Assembly: GCA_963707025.1 (NCBI GenBank)
Contig: CAVPOM010000003.1
Location: forward strand, 32,001-96,000
Direction of reading: 5' to 3'
Source of the DNA: an uncultured Verrucomicrobiae bacterium
GTDB taxonomy: Bacteria; Verrucomicrobiota; Verrucomicrobiia; Limisphaerales; Palsa-1400
DNA: 64,000 bases
Below, piece by piece: positions 50,588-60,718 of the stretch. A program made the position numbers and the translations under genes. How positions within the stretch are numbered: the stretch's first letter is position 1; every line of letters begins with the position of its first letter. The notes beneath the pieces were generated by a model, which searched no databases, was not told the origin of the DNA, and was given only the letters and a program-made list of their open reading frames with translations.

Positions 50588-50689
50588 CTACTTCTGCCAG
50601 GTGCGCTTCTTGTGGCGGTTGGCGCGCAGCTTTTTACGCCGTTTATGTTTATTGATTTTGCTTTTACGGCGTTTTTTTAGTGATCCCAT
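50588..50689 (-). CDS. bS22 / AURKAIP1-COX24 (mS38)-family small basic protein
   Basis: Manual translation [33 protein letters not shown]; below the ORF-track cutoff. Confidence 0.85.
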   Translation of the reverse strand: MGSLKKRRKSKINKHKRRKKLRANRHKKRTWQK

Positions 50690-50711
50690 ACTTTAATAAT
50701 GTGATTCGATC

Positions 50712-51602
50712 TTAATATACCACCTTGTTGAGCGGATATTCAATAATTCCTTCCGCCCCGGCCGCTTTGAGCTGCGGGATCAGCTCCCGCACGATTTTTT
50801 CATCAATAATGGTTTCCACCGCCACCCAGCCCGGCTGGCTCAAGTGGGCGACGGTCGGTTTGCGCAAGGCGGGCAGGGCGCGGAGAAGCCGGTCCAGGTT
50901 TTTTTGCTCCAGATTCATTTTGAGGCCTACTTTGCTTTCGGCCTCTAGGGCGCCGCGCAAGAGGAGGGCAAGGGTCTCGATTTTTTGGCGTTTCCAGGGG
51001 TCCTTCCAGGAGTTATGGTTGACAATGAGGCGCGGGGTGGAGACCAGGAGGGTGTCCACGATGCGCAGATGGTTGGCCCGCAGGGAGGAGCCGGTCTCGG
51101 TGATTTCGACGATGGCGTCCACCAGTTCATGGGCCTTGACCTCGGTGGCGCCCCAGGAAAACTCGACCTCGGCTTTGACGCCGTGCTTGCGGAGCCAGCG
51201 TTTGGTGATGTTGACGACCTCGGTGGCGATGCGTTTGCCCTGCAAATCCTTGGGCGATTTGATGGGGGATTCCTCCGGCACGGCCAGCACCCAGCGGGCG
51301 GGCTGCCGGGTGGCCTTGCTGAAAAGAAACTCCGCCACTTCGTGGACGTCGGAACCATTTTCCACCACCCAATCGTGTCCGGTGATCCCGCAATCCAGAT
51401 AGCCGTGGGCGACGTAGCGGCTGATTTCCTGGGCGCGGATGAGGCGCACGGCCAACTGCTCGTCGTCCACGTAGGGGATGTAGGAGCGGCTGCTGACCTG
51501 GATGTTGAAACCGGCCTTGGCCATTTTGGCCAGGGCGGCTTCCTGCAAACTTCCCTTGGGCAATCCCAATTTCAAAATCTCTTTGCTTTTATTCTTCTTC
51601 AT
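50712..51602 (-). CDS. hisG: ATP phosphoribosyltransferase, long form
   Basis: [30 protein letters not shown]-terminal regulatory domain. Confidence 0.96.
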   Translation of the reverse strand: MKKNKSKEILKLGLPKGSLQEAALAKMAKAGFNIQVSSRSYIPYVDDEQLAVRLIRAQEISRYVAHGYLDCGITGHDWVVENGSDVHEVAEFLFSKATRQPARWVLAVPEESPIKSPKDLQGKRIATEVVNITKRWLRKHGVKAEVEFSWGATEVKAHELVDAIVEITETGSSLRANHLRIVDTLLVSTPRLIVNHNSWKDPWKRQKIETLALLLRGALEAESKVGLKMNLEQKNLDRLLRALPALRKPTVAHLSQPGWVAVETIIDEKIVRELIPQLKAAGAEGIIEYPLNKVVY

Positions 51603-51755
51603 ACCGTGTCAGGCCGCGCTTGACGCGGGGCCGGGAATAATTTTTGCCGGACTGCTTCACGCGCGTGGCGGGGTTGATTTTCCACGGCCGGCGCGGCAAT
51701 GCCAACTTTTTCTTTTTGGCTTTCATGGCATGCGGGGCGCGGGGCGGGCAGCCTT

Positions 51756-52379
51756 CTATATCCAGACCGTTTGGCGGCCTTGCACGCGAATGGCCCCGCG
51801 GGCCAGGGCCGCAATCGTCGCCGGGTAAACCACCCGCTCGGCCTCCTGGATGCGGGCGTGCAGGGTGGCGGGGGTGTCGTCCGGCAGGACCGGCACGGTG
51901 CGCTGGGCGATGATCGGCCCGCTGTCAACGCCCTGGTCCACAAAGTGAACGGTGGCGCCGGTGAATTTGACGCCGTAATCCAGGGCCTGTTTCCAGGCTT
52001 CCAGGCCGGGAAAAGCCGGCAGCAGCGCGGGATGGATATTGACCACGCGCTGGGCAAAGGCCCCCAAAAACCCGCCTTTCAAAATGCGCATGAACCCGGC
52101 CAGCGCCACCAGGTCAACCCTGGCCTCTTGCAGCGCGCGGACGTAAGCGGCCTCGGCTGCTTCATCCAATTTGGCGCGGAATTTTCCGGGCGCGATAAAA
52201 ACCGCCGGCAGGCCGCGCGCGCGCGCCTGCTGCAAAATGCCGGCGTCGGCCACGTCGCTCAGGACGATGGCGACTTGGGCGGGGATTTGGCCGGAGGCGC
52301 AGGCGTCGGCAATGGCGGCGGCGTTGGAGCCTTTGCCGGAACCAAGGAGGCCGAGCCGGAATTCTTTGCCGCCACTCAT
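51756..52379 (-). CDS. purN: Phosphoribosylglycinamide formyltransferase
   Basis: GSGKGSN, LAGFMRIL, NIHPALLPAFPG, GATVHFVDQGVDSGPII. Confidence 0.96.
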   Translation of the reverse strand: MSGGKEFRLGLLGSGKGSNAAAIADACASGQIPAQVAIVLSDVADAGILQQARARGLPAVFIAPGKFRAKLDEAAEAAYVRALQEARVDLVALAGFMRILKGGFLGAFAQRVVNIHPALLPAFPGLEAWKQALDYGVKFTGATVHFVDQGVDSGPIIAQRTVPVLPDDTPATLHARIQEAERVVYPATIAALARGAIRVQGRQTVWI

Positions 52380-52621
52380 GCCTCTTACATTCCTCAGAAC
52401 GGCGCAATGCGCAAGCCTGAAGCGAAGGCGGCGGGGATGGGGAAGGCCAATGACAAAGGATAAATGCTAAATGATAAATGACAGGAAACCAGCCCGGGCC
52501 AGTGACGGCAAAGCGTTGGCGCCGGTTTGCAAGGGCAGATGGACCGGACGGGTGCGGCCCGGAGGCACTGGATTGTTGTGTTTCAATTAACGAACCGGCT
52601 GGTGTATATTAAAACCCAATC

Positions 52622-53188
52622 ATGAGACTGCCCTCGACCAAGACACTCATTGTTCTCGCAGTCATTTCGCTCATCGGGTGTGGTGTGCTCGCACCAATGT
52701 GGTATCCCGGCCCGATGCCAGTCATCGGTTCAGACGGATTGCCTATGCACGGAGCCGATGGGAAGTTTTTGGTTCATCGCGACATGGCAAAACTCTACCG
52801 AATGTGGATCCCATCGGGAGTATTGTTTGCTTGCGGAGCAGCACTCATTATCTGGTTGGTTGTAAGATTCCTTAAGTTTCTATTTGGCCGATACAGGAAC
52901 GACACAAAAGTGGCTTATGATGCAGTCTGCCAATTTATTGAGCTACGAGACGCTGGCAAACTGCCTGGTCTCGCTCGCGATGATCCCGGCCGAGTGGAGG
53001 CGGATACGATTCCACGGACCAAGCGCGTGAAATACCCGATTTCTGTAGTTCTTCACAAGAAGGTGGAAAAAGACCATTCGCGCCTGAGTTATACGCTCAC
53101 GAAGGAGAGCAGAAAGAACGAATGGCGCCTCGCTAAGGCGTGGCGGACAAAACCGGATGGCCAGCGCGAGGATTTGAAGGTTAATTGA
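52622..53188 (+). CDS. Hypothetical membrane protein, probable integron cassette gene
   Basis: Lower GC, two TM segments, followed 12 bp later by an attC-like site. Confidence 0.6.
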   Translation: MRLPSTKTLIVLAVISLIGCGVLAPMWYPGPMPVIGSDGLPMHGADGKFLVHRDMAKLYRMWIPSGVLFACGAALIIWLVVRFLKFLFGRYRNDTKVAYDAVCQFIELRDAGKLPGLARDDPGRVEADTIPRTKRVKYPISVVLHKKVEKDHSRLSYTLTKESRKNEWRLAKAWRTKPDGQREDLKVN

Positions 53189-53200
53189 CAGGCAACGTTG

Positions 53201-53327
53201 GTCCAACAATTTGCCGCACACGAACTGCCGCCCGCGCTTCGGTTTCGGGAGGCTCTGTTTTTTCCCGGCGCTGGACTCGCTGGCAACGCCGGTTCCCTGC
53301 GGCGGTCAGTGAGCTGAACCGTTAGGG
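53201..53327 (+). mobile_element. attC-like recombination site
   Basis: GTCCAAC (RYYYAAC) ... GTTAGGG; L boxes GCC(G)CAC / GTGAGC; inner stem ACTGCCGC / GCGGCGGT. Confidence 0.6.
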
Positions 53328-53443
53328 TACTCTGCATATGACACCCCGACAGGCTGTGCGACTGGCTGGCGGGACGCCAGCCAGAGAGACCGAGGCGTTC
53401 GCTCTCCCAATTCCAACTGCAAGTGCCCGGGTGAGGAACTTTC

Positions 53444-55261
53444 TTATTTGGCGCTCTTTCTTGTCGCAACCCAGTCCTTGATGCGCTGGTCCAGCACGTC
53501 CAGCGGCAGGGCGCCGCCGTCGAGGACGTGGTCGTGGAATTCGCGCACGTCAAATTTGGGGCCGAGTTGCCCGGTGGCGTAGTCGCGCAGTTCCTTGATT
53601 TTCAACTGGCCCATTTTGTAGGCCAGGGCCTGGCCGGGCCAGGAGATGTAACGATCCACTTCCACAATGATGTCCTGATCGGTCTTGGCGGAGTTTTCGC
53701 GGAAATAATCCATGGCCTGCTGGCGGGTCCAATGCTGGGAATGCAGGCCGGTGTCCACCACCAGCCGGATGGCGCGCCAGACCTCAAAGGTAAGCTGGCC
53801 GAATTTGGAGTAGGGGTCCTTGTAGAAGCCCAGCTCCGTGCCCAATCCCTCGCAGTAAAGCGCCCAGCCTTCCACAAAGGCGGTGTAAGCGCCGTGCCTG
53901 CGGAAATCGGGCATCTCTTCCATTTCCTGGGCGAGGGAGATTTGCAGGTGGTGGCCGGGCACGGATTCGTGCAAGGCCAGCGCTTCCATTTCCCATTTGG
54001 GCCGCATGTCGAGGGCATAAGTATTGACATTAAACCAGCCGGGCCGGCCCGCTTGCGGCGAACCGGGCTGATAGTAAGCGGAGGTTTGCGATTTTTCCAT
54101 GTAGGATGGAATGGCCGTGACGCCGTATTGGGTGCGCGGCAGTTTGCCGAACAGGCGCGACAACTCCGGGTCCACCAGCTTGGCATGGACGCGGTAGGCG
54201 TTGAGCAAATCGTCCTTGTTGGTGTAGAAAAACTTCGGGTCGGTGCGGACATAATTGCAAAACTCCGAAAACGTTCCCTGGAAGCCGGTTTGGGCGATGA
54301 CCTGGTCCATTTCGCCGCGGAGGCGCTTGACTTCGGACAAGCCGATGTCGTGGATTTCCTGCGGGGTCTTCGTGGTGGTGGTTTCGACACGCGCCTGGTA
54401 GGCGTACCAGGCCGGGCCGTCGGGCAATTCGCTCAGGCCGATAGTTTCGCGCGCGCCGGGGAGGTAGCTGTTGGTCATGAAAACGTAGAGCTTGGAGAAG
54501 GCCGGGACGACTTTTTCGCGCAAGGCCGCGGCGGCTTCCTGGCGCAGGCGGGCGCGGTCGGCTGGGGGAAATTGCGGGGGAAATTCGGTGAAGGGCTTGA
54601 CGACGGCGTTTTGCTCCAGGTCATCAATGGTCTGGCTTTTGATCTGGGCGGGCACGTCGCGCAAGGTGATGCGCGGGGGCGTGATGCCGGCGGCCAGGCC
54701 CTTTTGCAGCAGGACGATGGTTTGGTCCACCAGCGCGGGGAGGGCCTGGAGGCGGGCGATCATGTCCTCATAATCCTGCACGGTATGGCGCGGGGCAATG
54801 GCCAGGGTTTCGGGCGCCTGCTGCTGCACCCCGGCCATCTGGGTGATGGCCATGTATTCGCGCGGGAAGCGCGTCCCCTCGACTCGCAGCTCAAGGCCGC
54901 GCTTGAAAAGATCGCAGTTCAATTGATCGGCCGCGCTCAAGGCGGCGCGGTTGATGGAGGCCAGGGCTTGCAGCGGGGCTTGGAGTTCCCGTTGGCGCCG
55001 CGCGATGGCCTGGAGCGATTCGTCCGTCCAGCGGTCATTGAATCCGGGGTAGCCGGCTTCGGTGGCCATTTCCGGGTTTTCGCGCAGATCATAGTCCCAC
55101 TTGATTTTGAAAAGCTGGCGGAGGCGACCGGCGTCATTGCCGGTGGCGGCGGCGATTTTGGCGCAATCCTGTTCAAACGCCGTCGGCGTTTGGGCCGGGG
55201 CGGCAAAACCGCCTGTCAGAATAAGGGCCATCGCAAAGACAGTTTTGTCAATTCGATTCAT
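53444..55261 (-). CDS. DUF885 family secreted protein (putative metallopeptidase)
   Basis: HESVPGHHLQ, FVEGWALYCE, RAIRLVVDTGLH, PGQALAYKMG. Confidence 0.92.
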   Translation of the reverse strand: MNRIDKTVFAMALILTGGFAAPAQTPTAFEQDCAKIAAATGNDAGRLRQLFKIKWDYDLRENPEMATEAGYPGFNDRWTDESLQAIARRQRELQAPLQALASINRAALSAADQLNCDLFKRGLELRVEGTRFPREYMAITQMAGVQQQAPETLAIAPRHTVQDYEDMIARLQALPALVDQTIVLLQKGLAAGITPPRITLRDVPAQIKSQTIDDLEQNAVVKPFTEFPPQFPPADRARLRQEAAAALREKVVPAFSKLYVFMTNSYLPGARETIGLSELPDGPAWYAYQARVETTTTKTPQEIHDIGLSEVKRLRGEMDQVIAQTGFQGTFSEFCNYVRTDPKFFYTNKDDLLNAYRVHAKLVDPELSRLFGKLPRTQYGVTAIPSYMEKSQTSAYYQPGSPQAGRPGWFNVNTYALDMRPKWEMEALALHESVPGHHLQISLAQEMEEMPDFRRHGAYTAFVEGWALYCEGLGTELGFYKDPYSKFGQLTFEVWRAIRLVVDTGLHSQHWTRQQAMDYFRENSAKTDQDIIVEVDRYISWPGQALAYKMGQLKIKELRDYATGQLGPKFDVREFHDHVLDGGALPLDVLDQRIKDWVATRKSAK

Positions 55262-55473
55262 GCGGCGGACAATACGCAAAAGCCGTCCCAATCCGCAATG
55301 GGAATGAAGTCACATAGCCGCAAAAGAACAAATGCAACACAAGGAAAAACGCCTTTTCTCTTGCCATCCTTGCGTTCCTTTGCGGCCATCAATCTGCAAT
55401 TGGCAATGCGCCCTGCGCAATGGAAAAACCGCTCTGGCATTGCGCCGGCTCAAGGGCTATGCTCCCGCCACAG

Positions 55474-57557
55474 ATGAAATTACTCAACCTTGCTGTTTTG
55501 TCGTTCACCCTGGTGCTGGTGGCGCGGGCGGATGAGGGGATGTGGCTGTTTAATCAACCGCCCCGCCAAATCCTGCGCGAGCGTTATCAATTCGAGGCCA
55601 GCGACCCCTGGCTGGAACATCTGCAAAAAGCTTCCATCCGCTTCAACTCCGGCGGCTCGGGCAGTTTCGTGAGCGAGGACGGGCTGTTGATTTCCAACCA
55701 TCACGTCGGGGCCGACGCTTTGCAAAAATTCAGCACGCCGGCAAAGAATTACCTCAAGACCGGCTTCTACGCGCGCACCCTGGCCGAGGAAATCAAATGC
55801 CTGGACCTGGAGCTTAACGTTCTCCAGTCCGTCGAAGATGTCACCACGCGGGTCAACGCCGCCGTGCCCGCCAGCGCCGATGCCGCCGCCGCCTTCCTGG
55901 CGCGGCGCAAGGTGATTGCGGACATCGAAAAGGAGTCGCTGGACAAGACGGGGCTGCGCTCGGATGTGGTCACGCTCTGGCAGGGTGGGGCGTATCATCT
56001 CTATCGCTACAAGCGCTACACGGACGTGCGGCTGGTCTTTGCGCCCGAGCAGCAGATTGCGTTTTACGGAGGTGACCCGGACAATTTTGAGTTCCCGCGC
56101 TACGACCTGGACATCTGCCTGTTCCGCGCCTACGAAAACGGACAGCCGGCCCAGGTGAAGGATTACCTGCGCTTTTCCCGGCCGGCCCGCGCGACGGGGA
56201 ACTGGTTTTGGTCTCCGGCCATCCCGGCGGGACCAGCCGGATGCTGACGATGGCGGAATTGGAGTGTCTGCGCGACCAGGCGCTGCCCTTTCGCCTGGGC
56301 GTGCTCAAGCGTTTGGAAGTGTTGGTGGGAACCTGGAGCAATCGCACCGAGGAAAACGCCCGGCGCGCGCGCGAGCTTTTCTTCGGCATTCAAAACAGCC
56401 GCAAAGCCATTGACGGCCGTCTGGCCGGATTGCTCGATCCTGATTTGATGGGACCCAAAGCCAAGGCGGAGGAGGAATTCAAATTGACGGTAAGAGTAGG
56501 CCCTGATGGTGTCGGGAGCTTCCCCGAAGCCCTCGCCGCCTACGATAGAATTGCCCAGGCGACCACCACGCTGGCCGCGCAGGCGGTTCGTCAATACTTG
56601 CTCGAAAGCGCCCAGGGTTTCAACTGCGAGAGCTTCCGCCTGGCCCGCACTCTGTTGCGCGCCGGCGAGGAACGCCCCAAACCCAACGGCGAGCGGCTGC
56701 GCGAGTATTCCGACTCCGGCAAAATTTCCCTCGAACTGGCCCTTTTCTCGGAAGAGCCAATTTACAACGACATGGAAATCCTCACCCTTGCCGACTCGCT
56801 CACCTTCCTGGCCACGACGTTTGGCGACAACGATGAACTTGTGCAAAAAGTGCTGGCCGGCAAATCGCCGCGCGACCGGGCGGTGGAGTTGATCAACACC
56901 ACCAAGGTGCGCGACGTGGCCTTCCGCAAACAGCTTTACGAGGGCGGCGCCAGCGCGGTGACGGCGGCGCATGATCCCATGATCGAATTGGCGCGGCTGA
57001 TTGATCCGGCGGCGCGCTCGCTGCGCAAAGTTTCCGATGAACAAAACGAAATCAAACAACAGGCCCACGCCGCGCTGGCGCGCGCGCGCAACGCCTTGCT
57101 GGGCAACGAGGGCTATCCTGACGCGACCTTCACCCTGCGGCTGTCCTTCGGCACGGTCAAAGGCTACGAGGAACAGGGCCAGCCCGTGCCCGCCATCACT
57201 ACCATGGCCGGCATCTACCAGCGGGCCAGGGAGATGAACAACCGCCCGCCCTTCGATCTGCCGCCGCTCTGGGAAAAGCGCAAAGCCAAGCTGAATTTGA
57301 GCACGCCGTTGAATTTCGTGAGCACGGACGACATCATCGGCGGCAATTCGGGCAGCCCGGTGGTGAACCGGGCCGGGGAGTTTGTGGGGATTATATTTGA
57401 CGGAAACCTGGAGGGCCTGCCGTGGGACTACGCCTTCAGCGACAAGCAGGGCCGGGCCACCTCCGTCGCCTCCCCCGCCATCCTGGAAGCGTTGAACAAG
57501 GTGTACCAAGCCAAGGACCTGGCCAAAGAACTGGTCACGGGCCACCGGGCGCGTTAG
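55474..57557 (+). CDS. S46 dipeptidyl peptidase, with a -1 frameshift at about 56178
   Basis: ADEGMWL, SNHHV, DNFEFPRY; PDATFTLRLSFG, DIIGGNSGSP; adding one C restores FSPAGPRDGELVLVSGHPG. Confidence 0.9.
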
Positions 57558-57688
57558 CCCGGTCGCTGACCCCTAATCCTGATCTTGAGCCACGCGTTGA
57601 CTCACGGCAAAACCTTACCGAAGGAGCCGAAGAGTCGTCTAAATTTTCTTAATATTAATTCTCTTGACTTTTTGGCTTTTGTGAATTT

Positions 57689-57725
57689 AGCCTATGGGCA
57701 TTGCAGCTTTCAATGCCCATAGGCT
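57689..57725. other. Perfect 15-bp inverted repeat in an AT-rich intergenic patch
   Basis: AGCCTATGGGCATTG-N7-CAATGCCCATAGGCT. Confidence 0.6.
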
Positions 57726-57926
57726 CAATTTTGATTTTTGATTTAATACCCCTTCCAGTTCGAATTCGCACTATTGCCAAAATCGAAGGAGTGAGTTTTG
57801 GTTCAGCGGCGGGACCGGGTTTTGATGCAACGGAGGGTGTGAAGTCTGGTTTAGAAGAGCTGTGATTTTTGGTTCCACACGGGGAGTGAGCTTGCGGGTG
57901 CGGCACGACAGGGTGATTACATTTGA

Positions 57927-57954
57927 TTGACCTGGCGCGTCGCCGGATTATATT
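57927..57954 (+). promoter_or_regulatory. Putative serA promoter
   Basis: TTGACC-N16-TATATT, 11 nt before the ATG. Confidence 0.5.
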
Positions 57955-57965
57955 GGCTGCCTTTT

Positions 57966-59558
57966 ATGAATATTCTGGTTTGCGACCCGATCTCGCCAAA
58001 AGGCATCGCGCTCCTGCAACGGTGCAAGGAGTTCCAAGTCACTGTGCTCAAGCAGAAACTGCCGGAGGCCGAGCTGCTCCCGCTGGTCAAGGAGGCCCAT
58101 GCCCTGGTCGTCCGTTCCGAGACCAAGGTCACCAAGAATGTCATTGCCGCCGCCCCCCATCTTCTGGTCGTCGGCCGCGCCGGAGTGGGAGTGGACAACG
58201 TGGATGTGGACGCGGCCACGGCCCGGGGCATTGTGGTGATGAACACTCCCGGAGGCAACACCATCTCCACGGCGGAGCTGACCTTTTCCATGCTCATGGC
58301 CCTGGCCCGGAAGATTCCGCAGGCTCATGCCTCCATGAAGGAGAGCAAATGGAGCCGCAAGGATTTTCAAGGCACCGAACTTTACAACAAAACCCTCGGC
58401 ATCCTTGGCATGGGCCGCATTGGCACCGAAGTGGCCAAACGCGCCCTGGCTTTTGGCATGAAGGTCATGGCCTACGACCCCTACCTTTCGCTGGCCCGGG
58501 CCAAGGCTTTGCAGGTGGATTTGAAGGAAGACGTGGACGACCTTTATCGCGAATCCGCTTTCATCACCGTCCACATGCCGATGACCGATGAAACCCGGGG
58601 CATGGTCAACGCCGCCGCCTTTGCCAAAATGACCAAGGGGGTGCGCGTGCTCAATTGCGCGCGCGGCGGCATCATCAACGAAGCCGATCTGTGCGCCGCC
58701 ATTCAATCCGGCCAAGTGGGGGGGGCCGCCCTGGATGTCTATGAAGTCGAGCCGCCGCCGGCCGATTTTCCGTTGCGCCAGTTGCCCCAAGTCATCATGA
58801 CGCCGCACCTGGGGGCCAGCACGCAGGAAGCCCAGGAAAACGTCGGGATCGAAGTGGCCAACACCATCATTGATTTCCTGGTCAACGGCGCCGTGCGCAA
58901 TGCCCTCAACCTGCCCAATCTGGATGCCCAAACCTATCAGGCCGTCAAACCCTTCCTGGTTCTGGGCGAAAAGCTGGGGCGCCTGCTGGCCCAGCTTGCC
59001 CCCAAACGCAATGACCGCCTGATCATCACCTATGGCGGCAAGGCCTCCGAGTTGCCAACCGATCCGATCACCCGCGCCGTGCTCAAAGGCTTCCTCGAAC
59101 TGCCGGGCGGCCAGGAGGTCAACCAGGTCAACGTCCGCAGCGCCGCCGCCTCCCTGGGCCTGTTGATTGAAGAAATCAAATCCAGCGAAGCGACCGACTT
59201 CAGCGAATGGCTCCATGTGGCCGCGCATTCCGGGGAAGAAAGAACCTCCGCCGGCGGCAGCGTTTTCGGGACGAAAAACCTGCCGCGCATCGTGCGCCTT
59301 TTCGGCCAGCCGGTGGAGATTGTCCCCGAGGGCGTCCTGTTTCTGATGAACAACAAAGACCGGCCCGGCATCGTCGGCTACATCGGCACGCTCCTGGGCA
59401 AGCACCGCATCAACATTGCCAGCATGAGCCTGAGCCGCGACGCCGCCGGGGGCAAGGCCCTCACCGTTTTAAATCTGGACAGCGTGCCGCCTCCCGCCCT
59501 GCTCCAGGAAATCCAAAAAGACCCGGACATCAGCAACATCCGCGTGGTCAAACTTTGA
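57966..59558 (+). CDS. serA: D-3-phosphoglycerate dehydrogenase with ASB and ACT domains
   Basis: GRAGVGVDNVD, GMGRIG, NCARGG, TPHLGAST, DRPGIVG. Confidence 0.96.
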   Translation: MNILVCDPISPKGIALLQRCKEFQVTVLKQKLPEAELLPLVKEAHALVVRSETKVTKNVIAAAPHLLVVGRAGVGVDNVDVDAATARGIVVMNTPGGNTISTAELTFSMLMALARKIPQAHASMKESKWSRKDFQGTELYNKTLGILGMGRIGTEVAKRALAFGMKVMAYDPYLSLARAKALQVDLKEDVDDLYRESAFITVHMPMTDETRGMVNAAAFAKMTKGVRVLNCARGGIINEADLCAAIQSGQVGGAALDVYEVEPPPADFPLRQLPQVIMTPHLGASTQEAQENVGIEVANTIIDFLVNGAVRNALNLPNLDAQTYQAVKPFLVLGEKLGRLLAQLAPKRNDRLIITYGGKASELPTDPITRAVLKGFLELPGGQEVNQVNVRSAAASLGLLIEEIKSSEATDFSEWLHVAAHSGEERTSAGGSVFGTKNLPRIVRLFGQPVEIVPEGVLFLMNNKDRPGIVGYIGTLLGKHRINIASMSLSRDAAGGKALTVLNLDSVPPPALLQEIQKDPDISNIRVVKL

Positions 59559-59586
59559 ACGGTTGGCCGCTTTGACCGCTCTCAAC

Positions 59587-60696
59587 ATGATGACTCGATT
59601 TCCCAGGCCGCGCCTTCTCCCGGCCGCCGCCGCCCTGTCCCTCTTCGCCCTGGCCTGGCCTGCCTCCGCCCAGGACAAGTCTGCCGACGCTCTTTTCCCC
59701 GACCCCGTTGTGGCCACCGGCAAGGGCTTTGCCATCAAGCACAGCACGGTGCAGGACGCGTTTATCACCGAAAAAAACCTGGTGGCGCAGCAGCAAAATG
59801 TCATCATTCCCGAAAGCGACCGCCCGCGGGTCGAGTCGGACCTCCTCCTGCACCTGGTGGTGGACAAGATTTTGGTGCAGAAAGCCACCGAGGACGAAAA
59901 AGCCAGGATGCGCGAGGACGTGACGAAGTATATTGAGGATATCCGCAAGGCCGCGCCCAGCGAAGAGCTTTTTCAACAACAAATCAAGGCCTCCGGCAAG
60001 ACCCTGGAGGAGATCAAGGCCGCTTACCTGGAAAAAAAGCTGGCCCGGCTCGTTCTGGTCCGCGAATTGGTGCCGAGCAATGCCGTGTCGGACGAGGCCG
60101 TCAAAAAATTCTATGAGGACGAAAAAAATGCCACCAACTTCGCCATCCCGGAACTGGTTCATGTGGCCCACATTCTCATTTCCGAGATTGACCCGGCGAC
60201 CAAGCAATCGCTCCCGCCCGACAAGAGGCGGGAGAAGGAAAAACTGGCCCGGGAAGTCAGGACCCGGGCCGAAAACGGGGAGGATTTCGCGGCCCTGGCC
60301 AGGCAATACTCCGACGATATCAGCACCAAGGACAAGGGCGGCGAGCACACCTTTGCCCGCCATGCCATGCCGCCCGCGCTCGAAGGATTCGAGGCCGCCG
60401 CTTTTTCCCTCAAGACCAACCAAATCAGCGATCTGGTCGAGACCCCCTTCGGCTTTCACATTATCAAGCTTCTGGAAAAACTGCCTCCGTCCCGGATGCC
60501 TTTCGACAAAGTCTCGGCCGGCATCAAGGATTACCTGGCCAACGCGGAAATCAACAAACAACTTCCCGCCTACATCCCCAAGATCGAGGCGGAGTACGAC
60601 GTCAAGTTCCTCATGCCGGGCTATTCACCCACTCCCCTGGTCGCGCCCGCCACAAATGCCCCGCCCGCCGCTGTCCCCGGCGCTGACAAGAAGTAA
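59587..60696 (+). CDS. Secreted parvulin-type PPIase (PrsA/SurA-like)
   Basis: Signal peptide; VAHILI, FAALARQYSDD, ETPFGFHIIKL. Confidence 0.9.
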   Translation: MMTRFPRPRLLPAAAALSLFALAWPASAQDKSADALFPDPVVATGKGFAIKHSTVQDAFITEKNLVAQQQNVIIPESDRPRVESDLLLHLVVDKILVQKATEDEKARMREDVTKYIEDIRKAAPSEELFQQQIKASGKTLEEIKAAYLEKKLARLVLVRELVPSNAVSDEAVKKFYEDEKNATNFAIPELVHVAHILISEIDPATKQSLPPDKRREKEKLAREVRTRAENGEDFAALARQYSDDISTKDKGGEHTFARHAMPPALEGFEAAAFSLKTNQISDLVETPFGFHIIKLLEKLPPSRMPFDKVSAGIKDYLANAEINKQLPAYIPKIEAEYDVKFLMPGYSPTPLVAPATNAPPAAVPGADKK

Positions 60697-60718
60697 GAAT
60701 GGGTCCGCCCCGCTTGAA

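Noticed and set aside
52380..52620. ZTP riboswitch upstream of purN
   Set aside because: Consensus elements not found
57598..57640. c-di-GMP-I riboswitch-like start (GGCAAAACC..GAAG)
   Set aside because: Lacks GACGCAAAG and the second stem
6560..59405. Long antisense ORFs (e.g. 6560-8074, 25565-27082, 27580-29598, 35447-37372, 53528-55477, 57948-59405)
   Set aside because: Shadows of GC-rich genes, with no recognisable motifs
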